Shown piece after piece: positions 53,180-64,000 of a DNA stretch of 64,000 nt (positions are counted from its first letter, which is position 1; every line of letters begins with the position of its first letter). The position numbers were made by a program, and so were the translations under genes. The notes below the pieces were generated by a model. It made no database searches. It saw only the letters and a list, made by a program, of their open reading frames with translations, and was not told the DNA's origin. This DNA comes from Lingula anatina (Eukaryota; Animalia; Brachiopoda): the NCBI GenBank assembly GCA_051362555.1, contig CM120642.1, positions 1,116,001-1,180,000 on the forward strand, given 5' to 3'.

Positions 53180-56100
53180 ATAGCAAACCTTTGTATTCTA
53201 AAATGCACTATTATCAGATGGATAGTTAAGAATGATGACCAGCATAAGCTGAACCCTGGAAAAAATTCAGTACTATTTCAACTTCCTGATTTCTTTTCGG
53301 AGTACGTAATTCTAAGCATTCAGCTTTATTTTTTGGAAAAAAACAATCAACCATTACTTTAATTCTCTCTGTTCCTCCAATGGTTAGTATATGAAGCACC
53401 CAAAGTTTCCCATTTTCTTTTACTATTACTATTGTGGCTACGTCAACATTGCCAGTGTATCCATACAACACACTGGCTGAATGTGATTAAAAATTGATTT
53501 GAAAAGGAAACAATTCCTCTTCCATCTATTATCCACATCAATTGTGTCCCTGTCCTGGTGTTTACTGTAGAAAATTGAGTTTAGCTTTGATGGATTAGAA
53601 ACAGCAGCAGGGCATTCAGTGTAAAGTAGAGTTTTTCTTGGTCACACATATGACTGATAAATTGAAGGGATGAGGGTTGAGGGGTGAAATAAATTGGGTC
53701 GAGGCTGTAAATTATTGGAGTTGGAGAAAGTAAAATAAGTAGGGGTTGGGGGGGGGGGTAGGATATTTGGGGATCTGGTAGAAAAAAAGGAAGGAATAGA
53801 ATAAGTGGGTGTTGAAGGTAGAATATATGGGGGGGGGGGAATAGAATTAGTGGGGGTGGTAGTGAAATAATATAATTGGGGGTAGGGGAGTAAAATAAGC
53901 ATGGTGGGAGTTAACCAAACACCTTCCTAAAATCCACACATCATCAATTCTTGTCATTTAGACTTTTCTGACCATGACCATATACTCACTACACTTTTAT
54001 TTTACAGAAATGTTCCCCCTGCCCTCTTACTTGAACTTATTAATCTAATGGCCTGCTCTCTCCTAGCTCCCACCAGGCCACGCCAGGAAGGTCAAACATG
54101 GATGACCCGCGCTAATTGGATTGAAATGACTCTGGGGTTTGCTAGAGTGTGATGAACTTCATTTCCAGTCTCAGCATCTGTGAGGTGAACCCATTCTATT
54201 GGATGATTTCACTGCACTGATCACTGATCACATTGCCCTGCTGGGTTCAGGCCTTGTCCAGTAGTAACCAGATTAGCTGTTTTGGATGAGATACTTGTTT
54301 GTTATTTATCCTTTCACGGTGATCCTTAAACCTTGTTTTGATGGGAAATTTATTTATGAACCAGAATATAAGGATGTATTTTTTTTTTCAGTATTATTTC
54401 TTTTATGAATATTTTTTAAACAGTTTGATTTTAGGATTCAGACATGCAAACACATCTGTAAGCAATATGTAGATTGTACCCTGTTCAGTGTTATGATGTT
54501 ATCAGCACGTTTTGTTTTTCAAATAACTGGGAATACTGTTTATTTATAGAAATGAATATTCAACTGTAAAATTTGGCATTGATTTTAAAATAAATATATT
54601 GCCATGTATATTTTGATTGAACTGCAAAGCCAAGCACTGTCTGTCATCCAGTAGACCCAGTTTTGAATCAAATTCCTCTCTGCTAAATAACACCCAACCT
54701 AATTTTTTCAAACTTGTTTTCATTGTCGTGAAATTAGATATGTTTGTAGAAAATACAAGTGTCAGCTTGTAAGGGATCTAAAAACAGCACATATTTAACC
54801 CTAAGGATCTTATAGACCCCCAGGCTCCAGCAACTAATTATTAATAAATTTGTTTTTACTGTAGCAATTATTTTTTGAATTAATCTATTTTAGTTCAAGG
54901 GGTAAAAGGTGGCCAGGGTGCGTGGAGAAGGAAAGGAGCGTGGCCGTCTCTGGAACAGAATGGTAGCAAAGATCCTAAAATATCAACTCTAGCGACCCGA
55001 GCATTTACTGCATGCTGCTTCAGATTGGTAGCTTGAACTGTGCGGTTTTAAGACGTCAGATTTAATTACCAGTCTAAAACTTTGATCAGTAGAAAAAAAT
55101 GTGGTTTTGGATCTAGCTACTGGCACCATGAAATTTCAGATTATTCAACATTGTCATGCTGTCAAAAACAGCCAAGTTGTATGTTGATTTGGTCAGTGTT
55201 TATTTTGTAGTGAAAAATGTAGTTTTATGGATTATTATCTTACACAGAGCATAGGATTGTATTGATTGTTTGCACTGTTAAGTTATGAAAATATGAATGT
55301 TTTTCTAATGAAAATTTAAAGATTACAGAAAAGTATTTTAATGATGAGCTTTTTCCCTTCTTTTTAGTTTAACACCTATTACTGGACTGAACTGTTCAGT
55401 TAAATCTCAGGTGACAAAAATGTGTGGAATAAAAAGAAAAATAATACTCTTTTTAAGCCAAATGTGATCCTATAACTTACCTTTAGTTGAAGTTGGCCAG
55501 CTTTTGCTTTCTTATCAGGAAGATGTGGGAGTGGTCTATCAGTGAGCCCTCAGTCAAGTTTTCAAAGAATAATTAGTAGGAGCTAATTAGCAGAAAACAT
55601 CCGAGTCTGCAAAACCGTCCAAAGAAAAACTCCGTCCTCAGCCAAATGTCTGTCTTTGTAACAGTTAATTCCTATTCTTCTCAGTCTCAAGAGAGAAACG
55701 ATGTGTTTATTAGGTGCAACAGCTTGGTTGAAAAAATCAAGGAATTTTAAAAAAAGAGAAAGAAAGAGGAAGCGTGATGCTTCACAGACATTTTGACGTC
55801 AGTTTTTTAGTTGATGCATTTGGTAATTGTTTGGTGTGAACCCACAGGGAACAGGACTGCCTCCACAGGGAACAGTTCTGGTGATAACATTGTCCACCTA
55901 TGTGTGCAATATCTATTATAGTTTCTCTTGTTTTTTCAAGCAATAAGTAGTCTTTCCCCCTTTCAGTAATATAGAGTTTTGTCACCTGTCCAGGGTTAAT
56001 GGTACTTTAAAAGTAAGGTTAGAAGCACTTTTTATTTGTAAATATATTAATTAGTCTGATGCTTTTCTTTTGTATAACTCATTTTAGTTTATGAAGGGGA

Positions 56101-57491
56101 AAGAATAATTTGATTATTTATCTAAGTCACAAGAAATGATTTGGAAAGAAAATTGCTATTGATCATAGGTTTTTTTTTTTCACATCAGGAAGGACATCTC
56201 TTAGAACAAAAACAATAATAAAAACATTAGAACTTTCTTTAGAGTGACAGCCAATCGCCTTAACATAGCTGCATGTAGAAAACCAATTTCAACTGAAAAC
56301 AGTAAAAACTGAAAATATTTTTTGTTAAACAAACAATCTCTGCTTTAAAGCCTTTCATGAATACGTGAATTTATAGCCAAAAAAAAAAAAAAAAAAAAAA
56401 AGCAGAATAAGAACTTCCTTGAATAATGATGAATGGCAATGAATAAAAAAAATTGATAAAGTTTTTATTGCAGATTCCATCCTTTTCTCCAAGTGGCTTT
56501 TGTTTGCGGTTTTCGGGTCTATTGTCATTGAACCTGTGGTTTCCATCTGGTTTGGTGGCCATGGTTTTTTTCTTGGCTTGGTTTGATTAAGTAAGGATAT
56601 GTATTGATTCACCCCAGGACCTGTTTGCTCTCACTGTTATTAGCTGCAGCACTGGTCTGGTTTTTCTTAAAGAAAGTTTAGACGAAGTGTGTTAAATCTG
56701 CAGTGAACTTAAGTTACACTGAGTCTCTGAATTTAGACAATTTTAAAATGCAACAATTATGCCACAATTGTAGGTAATACTGGTCTGTGCCTAGAATGAC
56801 TAAACAGTCACTTTTTCTACTACCAGTACTAGACCAGTAGGAAAATCCTTCATTCTTGATTTCTTTTTAAGTCTTTGATATTGGAATTAAATTTCAAATA
56901 TATTTCTTGTTTTAAGTTAAACATATGAGTGCTATGCATTGAAGAAATTAAGTAGAACAATATTGTTAAAATTATTAGTCTGTAACTTCAACGCATGCTT
57001 GTTCTGAACAATAACTCATTAAATAATATCATTATGATATTAAATAATATCATAATATCATGAAATAGATAAAATAAAATGAAATTTTAAAAAATGAAAT
57101 TAAGTGAAAAAAAACAAAATTAAATTTCAGTTTAGTTCATAGTCAACTCCTCAACATGTTGTGTAAACATTCCTTTATATCAGGAGCAAGAATTTGATTT
57201 CTGCCGTAATGGGCAGATGAGTGTAGATTTACGTTCTTTGTGTAGGTAGAAGGCAAAAGTCCCCAAGGAATTCTTTGATCTGGATGTTTTTTCAATAATG
57301 ACCGCTTGTTACTGACATGTTTGTACTCAGATAGTATGTAATTGGAACTTGATTCATGTGCAGAGAGTTACCTTCAACATACTGATTGATTACGGGACAA
57401 TTTCTTTGTTTGTTTTTGTTTATTTGTTACAAATTATTGATTACTTTTGTTTGATGATTTCAAGGTTCTTTTTACTTAGCACTAAACTATG

Positions 57492-57657
57492 CAGGCCCGT
57501 AGCCAGGGGGGGTTCGGGGGTTTCAAAAGAACCCCCCTTTTTTCTGTTAAAAGGTCCACTCTAGGTAAAATTTGACCTAGGTACATGGGGATTATATGGT
57601 AAAAGGTCCACTTTTCAGAAAAAGAACCCCCCTTTGAAATTGCTGGCTATGGGCCTG
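57492..57657 (+). mobile_element. MITE family B, intact copy
   Basis: TIR CAGGCCCGTAGCCAG...CTGGCTATGGGCCTG with a perfect 5-bp TSD CTATG on both sides. Confidence 0.9.
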
Positions 57658-57670
57658 CTATGCTTGCTTA

Positions 57671-57672
<2 letters not shown>

Positions 57673-57718
<46 letters not shown>
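57673..57718. repeat. (GT)n microsatellite
   Basis: Seen directly. Confidence 0.95.
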
Positions 57719-57722
<4 letters not shown>

Positions 57723-58382
57723 GAGAGAGAGGGGAGAGTAAATGTTGTTATTATGAGAAGTGTTTTTGTACATTGGGATCAAATAAAAATCAACATTTCT
57801 CTGGTCATCAAAAGAGAAGACATGCCATTCTGAATAACTTGATTGATATTACTTATCTGAATTTGATTGAAAGCCTAAAACATCCTTTGAAATTTATTGT
57901 ATAAAAAGATCATTCATGCCGGGTCAATTGCAAGTGACTTAAAGCGAAATGTCTGTTATTGAATTCCAGACAACATACTATCAGACTTTGTAAGACATTA
58001 TGATACGGAGCCAGTTTAAAGAGTATTTCTTTCATTCTTCTCATGACTTATACCCTGTTTTCCCAGCTTAGATGGATTGTATGACATGCTTTGTGTGCAT
58101 CAGAAACACTCCATTGCCATTGTTTTCAGGGTGCTTTTCAGGGTCATCAGGAAATGTCTAGTCTTCTTAGCTTCTTTGAAGTATATTTTGTCAGTGATCA
58201 GTACAAGCCAGTAGATTAGAAACTTAGAATTCTTAAATCTGTATAAAAATAATATTTTTTGATAGTTTAGCATGTAATATACCAAGGTGACAAAAAGAAA
58301 TAGTGTTGAAAATTCCAGGAAAAGTAAAGTTTTGTTGTATCAAAGTCCTGTTCTCATTCTGTGACTATTTTTGTGATTTCAG

Positions 58383-58494
58383 AGGCTCAGATTCAATGAA
58401 ATGTCCATCAACCAATGCCAAACTGGTGTTGATGATAACCCAGACATCCCTCCTGAACTCTTTGATAATGACAGATCAAAGTTGGCCAAGAAAG
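58383..58494 (+). CDS. TBC1D19: TBC1D19 coding exon 8
   Basis: gatttcag|RLRFNEMSINQCQTGVDDNPDIPPELFDNDRSKLAKK, G|GTAGGA; resembles QLGIDD...PPELFENE; 112 nt, after an 11.1-kb intron. Confidence 0.93.
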
Positions 58495-58651
58495 GTAGGA
58501 TGGATAAAAGCTTTTTTGTTTATTATGTAAAAGAGGAAATCCTACAAATTTCACCTGACTTCAAAGCTTGGTGAATTCCAATTTGATCAAACTATTAAAA
58601 TGGACTACAGGATATGCAAAATTGAATATTAATAAAAAAAAAAAAACATCT

Positions 58652-58806
58652 CGGGCCTGTAGCCAACAATTTCAAAATGGGGGTTCTTTTTCTGATTTCA
58701 TCCTTTATAATTGTGATCCAACTTGAGAAATGGCATGGAATCTAGGTAAAATTTTTGATTCAGAGGAAACCTATTCTGGTCAGAAGGGTGGTTCTTTTGA
58801 ACACCC
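58652..58806 (-). mobile_element. MITE family B, diverged inverted copy
   Basis: CGGGCCTGTAGCCAACAATTTCAAAATGGGGGTTCTTTTTCTGA is the reverse complement of the right end of the 57492 copy. Confidence 0.7.
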
Positions 58807-59988
58807 AAGACTTCTACTAAACTGTATCTTCAGTATGGCAATATTAAAATGTTTAGTTCGTGTCAGTGCACCCTGTTTTCTCAGCTTGGTAGGCTCCTCC
58901 TGTGTGATTTGCATTGTATGCATCAGAAACGCTCTATACCCATTGTTTTCAGGGTACCTGTCAATGTCAGTCAGGGAAAATTCCAGCCGTCTCAACTTTG
59001 ATTCTGGCTGACAGAAATCAAATTATCCGTCTCATCCCAGTATTATGAAAAGGAGACCAACTTTCTTCTTTAAGACCCAGAGGTTTTATGAATCTTCTCC
59101 TAACATGACATACACTATACGTACTGGTATTGCGTGCCTTAATGAAGCAGTATATTTGACCCATCTGTTGTGGTTTTGTGGGCAATACATAATAGCAAAG
59201 CACCACCATACAAGTTACCAGCTCTTTATACTTATACTAAGGACATGTGTTTTCAGCTTTAATTCTGTTTGTTATGCCTTGTTATAAGTATCCTTTTGGG
59301 TATTTTCAAGCCAAATCCTTCATCAAAATTTTCTCCTACACAAGAATCTATCTGACTGTGCACTTGGATTTGACATTTTTCTTCAATTTTAATTGAATAA
59401 TTTAACTTAACCCAAATTAAGTGCACAAATGTAGACCGCCAAGTTTCCTAAAGTTGCACCAGGAACTGTCAACATCGGGTACTTATATTTGAGGGGGGTT
59501 ATCATTTTGAGGTCTGAATTGAGACATATTTAATAATTATATAAGTAGCTTTTCAGGATATGTAGACATAGAATTATGACTTTTAGACTAGCACTATGCC
59601 TTTCAGTGGACCCACATATTATGATGAACAGCCTATAGCCCAACTTCAGCTAATTTATCAGCTACACCTGCCAAAATGCTAATTTGATGCAGATTTTTAA
59701 GAGAGAATTATTTCATGCAGATGAGGTCTGCAACAAATTAGTAAGAATCAGAAGATACTATACTCTTGAAAAGTTGAGGCAAATTTGTTGCTAATTTTCC
59801 CCTTTTTTGCAATCTCATGGAGACTATTTTCAGAATCCTGCAAATTGTATAGTTTGTGGCAAATTTGCATTGCATTTGCTGCAAAATTTTCATTTTGTGA
59901 AGGGTTGGTTTACTAATAATATAATCATATTCACAACTAAAACTTAAATTATCACCTTTGTAAGTATGGTACCTGTCTTTTAAGTTAT

Positions 59989-59991
<3 letters not shown>

Positions 59992-60048
<57 letters not shown>

Positions 60049-60057
60049 TGTGTGTGT
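59992..60057. repeat. (GT)n microsatellite
   Basis: Seen directly, shortly upstream of the exon 9 acceptor. Confidence 0.95.
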
Positions 60058-60142
60058 ACATTAAGAGGTTAATCAAATTTCTTATTTTCTTCATAATTAT
60101 AAAAAATATATTACCACAAGGTACTGTATTTGATATTTCCAG

Positions 60143-60255
60143 TGCTGAACAACAAGCATAGTCCGCTCAGTCAGGAGTTTCTGAAGAAAGGAGCGCCCCC
60201 TGGTGTCCGCGCTGAACTCTGGAAACAAACTCTGGGAGTGGATGTAGACCAAATA
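60143..60255 (+). CDS. TBC1D19: TBC1D19 coding exon 9 (start of TBC domain); gene continues beyond the window
   Basis: atttccag|VLNNKHSPLSQEFLKKGAPPGVRAELWKQTLGVDVDQI|GTAAGT; the GxPxxxRxxxW TBC-domain start motif; 113 nt. Confidence 0.93.
60192..60208 (-). promoter_or_regulatory. Exonic CTCF-like site
   Basis: Reverse complement GGACACCAGGGGGCGCT, one mismatch from GGCCACCAGGGGGCGCT; lies inside TBC1D19 exon 9. Confidence 0.4.
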
Positions 60256-61518
60256 GTAAGTGTGGGTGCCTTAAATACTTAAGTTGGATTTTAACCCTTA
60301 GCCCATACAGCAGATGGCATGGGGAAGTGTGCCCCCCCCCCCCCCCCACACACACACACACACACTGTGACACACACGCACACACCTCAAGATCAGCCCC
60401 ATTGTGTTTGGTTATATAGCACTTGGTCAACTTTAGGGCAGTAGAGAGTTTGTATTTGTATCAGCTGTATACACTAATAATAAAAGTTTTTAAAGTCTCA
60501 GCAAGTGTTAAATCATTGTAATATATTACCTGTATTACATTAGACCTTCCAAAGATGATACATTAGATATTCTGGTTGTGATGAGAAAAAAATATATTTG
60601 TGTGTCTCTATAAAAAGCATTCAAGAACTCCAAGGTCTTGCTTTTTTTCTAACCAAATGATTCATTAAAGGAGGATTGTGCTACTTCTAAGAAACTGAAA
60701 CAATTGAAGTTCAAGGTATTGCTAAACAAAAGTGAAAAAAAAAGAAAAGAAAAACACTTCTGGGAAATTTTAAAACCATGTCCTTAAGAGGACTTATAAA
60801 AACAAACATGTTTTAGTCGAAAGAAGTTCAAGTTGCATCATGGGGGCTCTTGGTGCTTTATTCAGTGGAAAATGCTTTCAGGATAACAGATTAGTTCCCA
60901 ACAGAAACGAGGACATGATTGCATAAAAAGCAATTCGAACTAGTGGCAAATGTGAAAGGATTCCTGCGGCTTTGAAGAAAACCTCCCTCCTCCTTCCTGG
61001 CCAGATATCCTCCTTTTCAGGTTGAAAATCATGTCTGATAGAAGAATTGTGAGATGTTTTGAAATGTTGAATAACAATGGGATGTCAATGGTAGTGAAGG
61101 GAGGTTGATGTTTTTATAATCTTAGAAACATTTTGCATATTTTTACATGATATCAGGGTGCCAGCAAGAACAAGGATGTCATCTTTTCAGTTCCATGCAT
61201 GTAAATATAATGTATATTTCATAAAGTCTTGTAAACCCAAAAGACAAAGAATTTCATATACATGTACACATGACACTATATGTTAGGATGAATAAAATTA
61301 ATATGATGTTGGACACCTGATTGTATGAAAACTTTGGTAACTTGGAGTCACCTGTCAAGATGTTGCCTACTGCTGAGCTGAAGACCATCTGACTGCATAT
61401 GTCACTGACCTGGACTAAATGCAAAAAAAAAAAAAAGATTTCATTATGCACCAAAGTGAACATACCTGTACGTGTTGGTGGTATTATTTGCAGTCCTATG
61501 GGGAATGACAGTAAAACT

Positions 61519-61772
61519 GACAGTGAAGGAGTAAAATGTTATCAATATTACTGGGCACTATTCCTACTTAGATCTATTGACACTAAAGGAGTAAAATGTT
61601 ATCATTTTATCAATTTACTGGGCACTATTCCAACTTAGATCTTTTGACACTAAAGGAGTAAAATATTATCAATTTATCAATTTACTGAGCACTATTCCTA
61701 CTCAGATCTATTGACACTAAAGGAGTAAAATGTTATCATTTTATCAGTTTACTGGGCAATGTTCTCACTTAG
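61519..61772 (+). repeat. About 67-bp minisatellite, about 4 copies
   Basis: GACACTAAAGGAGTAAAATGTTATC...ACTATTCCTACTTAGATCTATT units at 61519, 61579, 61646 and 61713. Confidence 0.9.
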
Positions 61773-64000
61773 CTCTTTGTGGCCTGAAGGACAGAAACAC
61801 TGAAAAGTTTTTTTTTTCCCAAAGACCATGTTTGTGTGCACATGTGGTTCACCAAAAGCATGTTTTAAGGCAAATTAAGCAATCAATTAAGAAGCTGCTT
61901 CCCCGAGTTTGCCCCCGGTGCAGTTCAATTTGATAATTGTTCAATTAACTTCAGCCAGTTAATATCCTGGCAACAAAATGGATTAGTATAAAGGTGGTCA
62001 GTGTTTTATTTTGGATTTAGAGAAATTGGATTCTGATCCATCATTGCCTACAAAATGGAAAATAAAATGTGTGGAATTGTATGAGATCATAATATCCGTC
62101 AGGTCAATGAAAAATGCATTTAGAGACCAAAAAAAAAAAAAAGATATTGTACATCAGGACAAAATAGTCTTTGGCATTACCAGATGATATATGTAGATAG
62201 TTATGTAGACTGCGGTCTGTTTTGAGCAGGGTCTTCTGAGAAATTGAAAATCACGGCTTATGCATGCAGATTCACATACACATGCACATGCATACACATA
62301 CTTTCATACTCACACTATCATAAAAGTTTTGAAGTGCTTTAAACTTGTGGGAAAACCTGGATTGTTATGATTGTATAAAATTAATTATGTAGGCAATATG
62401 TCACTGATTCCACAAAATACAACTTGACTAAACATTGTATTCAAGATTCAAACTAAAATTAAATATACGGTAGCAGAAGTAAAAATCATTGTTGAGTCAG
62501 TTTTTTTCTTCCTCACACATTGATTTCTCCGTACAGCTGGTACAAGGAGAAAGACACATTCTCATGTATTACATAATATATTGATTGGACAAGACTGTAA
62601 ACGAAATCCCCTGACATATATCAAATATGATTATTAGGCCAATTGACATCAAAGAAAAATTAAGAGTGTTTTTCTTACCTGAAAGCCACTTTCCTAATTT
62701 CATTTTCTTTGGCAATGTAAGATGACGCAGTGGCAAAATTACAGGGGCAAATATAACTGTCTCTATGTCTGGATTTTCCTCTTTTATTTTTCAGGTACAT
62801 AATTTTAAAAACATTAAAAATATTTTTCTGTGTAACATCTGTAGTGCTTTTTCTGTATACAGTAGAACTATAAGGTAGCCTGTTTATCAGTTTTGTTGCT
62901 ATTACACAAAAGAAATGTTCTAACTTTTTTTGACTTGAATTTATGACTTGAAAAAATACAATATCTGTAAAATTCATAATTTTTCCTCATTGAAAAGATT
63001 GAGTTATATGATTTGTAGAGCATAAAGACATTAACAGACAATGAGGATGATTAGTACTGTTTCTTGGGTGGGGGGGGGGGGTGACACATTCATTTTTTAT
63101 TGTCAAATTAATTTGGCAAGCTCAGGAAATATGTTCAGACCCAATTTGACTTTGTAAGATGACCTAAAAGGGCTCAGACATCAACTAATTACGCCATCTC
63201 ATTTACTTTAGCCCAGTTGTTTTTATCTATCTCCAGATCAAACATGATGACTTGCCAAGTGCCAGCAGAAAGTAAATTCTTTCTGCTTTGATCACTGAAA
63301 TTAAAGTGATTGAAATATCAGGCCAAATGAATAGACTGTTGATCATGTTACATGTATATTGAGGCTGGTAGCCAGGGAGTTAATACTGAGTGGCATTTAT
63401 CCTCATTAGGGGATGGTGGTTATAGGCATCAAGAGACAGTTTGATTTGTTTTTCATGTGTTTCATAAATCCAGACATTTTTCAGTAATTGGACATAGCAT
63501 AAAGAATTTATTACCTAAGTTTTTTTGTTCATTCTTTTCTTGTTTGAGAATGAGTACTTGAATGGTAAAAGATGTTGTATTTTCCTGTGAACAGTGAATT
63601 AGGTTGTGTGATAATGAATGAAATAGAGTCTAGATTATATATTAAAAGGACCATAAAGGTATATTAGCAGAAATTATACCATTATTAAATTCCCTTATAT
63701 TCCTTAATTTGTTTAAGCTCTATAATACTAACAAGTCATTACAGGTGGTCAGATGAAAAAAAAATGATGCCCTTTTATTATTTGAAAGACCATATTCAGA
63801 TAATAATTTTTTTTTTTTTTTTGCTCCTTATGACTTAAGCCAAATAAATTACCATACAATTTATAAATTTGAACATTACTGATGAATTGATGCCCATACA
63901 TAGTGATATATAGGAAATCTGTTTACAAATATGTGGGAAAACACTAAATATATTAGTATACAGTTCTGTGGGGATTAAAGGATTCACGTCAAGGAAATCT

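Noticed and set aside
47238-58382. Nested protein-coding gene in the large TBC1D19 intron
   Set aside because: The ORFs are short, low-complexity or microsatellite-derived; no consistent exon chain found by eye (small exons cannot be excluded).
61519-61772. Repeat array considered as CRISPR
   Set aside because: Pure tandem units with no spacers and no cas genes.
63237-63275. Acceptor-like site considered as the next TBC1D19 exon
   Set aside because: The phase-0 frame hits TAA after 12 codons and does not resemble the expected YYEQLK...HDLLVD segment.

Overview
AT-rich animal (invertebrate, probably lophotrochozoan/mollusc-like) genomic DNA with two spliced genes arranged head-to-head. (1) A complete 4-coding-exon cholecystokinin/sulfakinin-type GPCR on the minus strand (CDS 18620->7331, 1407 nt, 468 aa). 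(2) The 5' part of TBC1D19 on the plus strand (9 coding exons, 40834-60255, 271 codons, continuing past the window end). As I recall it, the same divergent CCKAR/TBC1D19 pair exists on human 4p15, which would make this an ancient microsyntenic block. A possible first coding exon of a third gene (minus strand, 2428-2508) lies below an RFX X-box. The non-coding DNA holds a solo LTR with a 4-bp TSD, several MITE families, a Kolobok-like remnant, mini/microsatellites, two CTCF-like motifs and a CRE cluster. CpG content drops sharply over the TBC1D19 gene body. All assignments come from manual reading, splice-phase bookkeeping and remembered family motifs; no searches were run.
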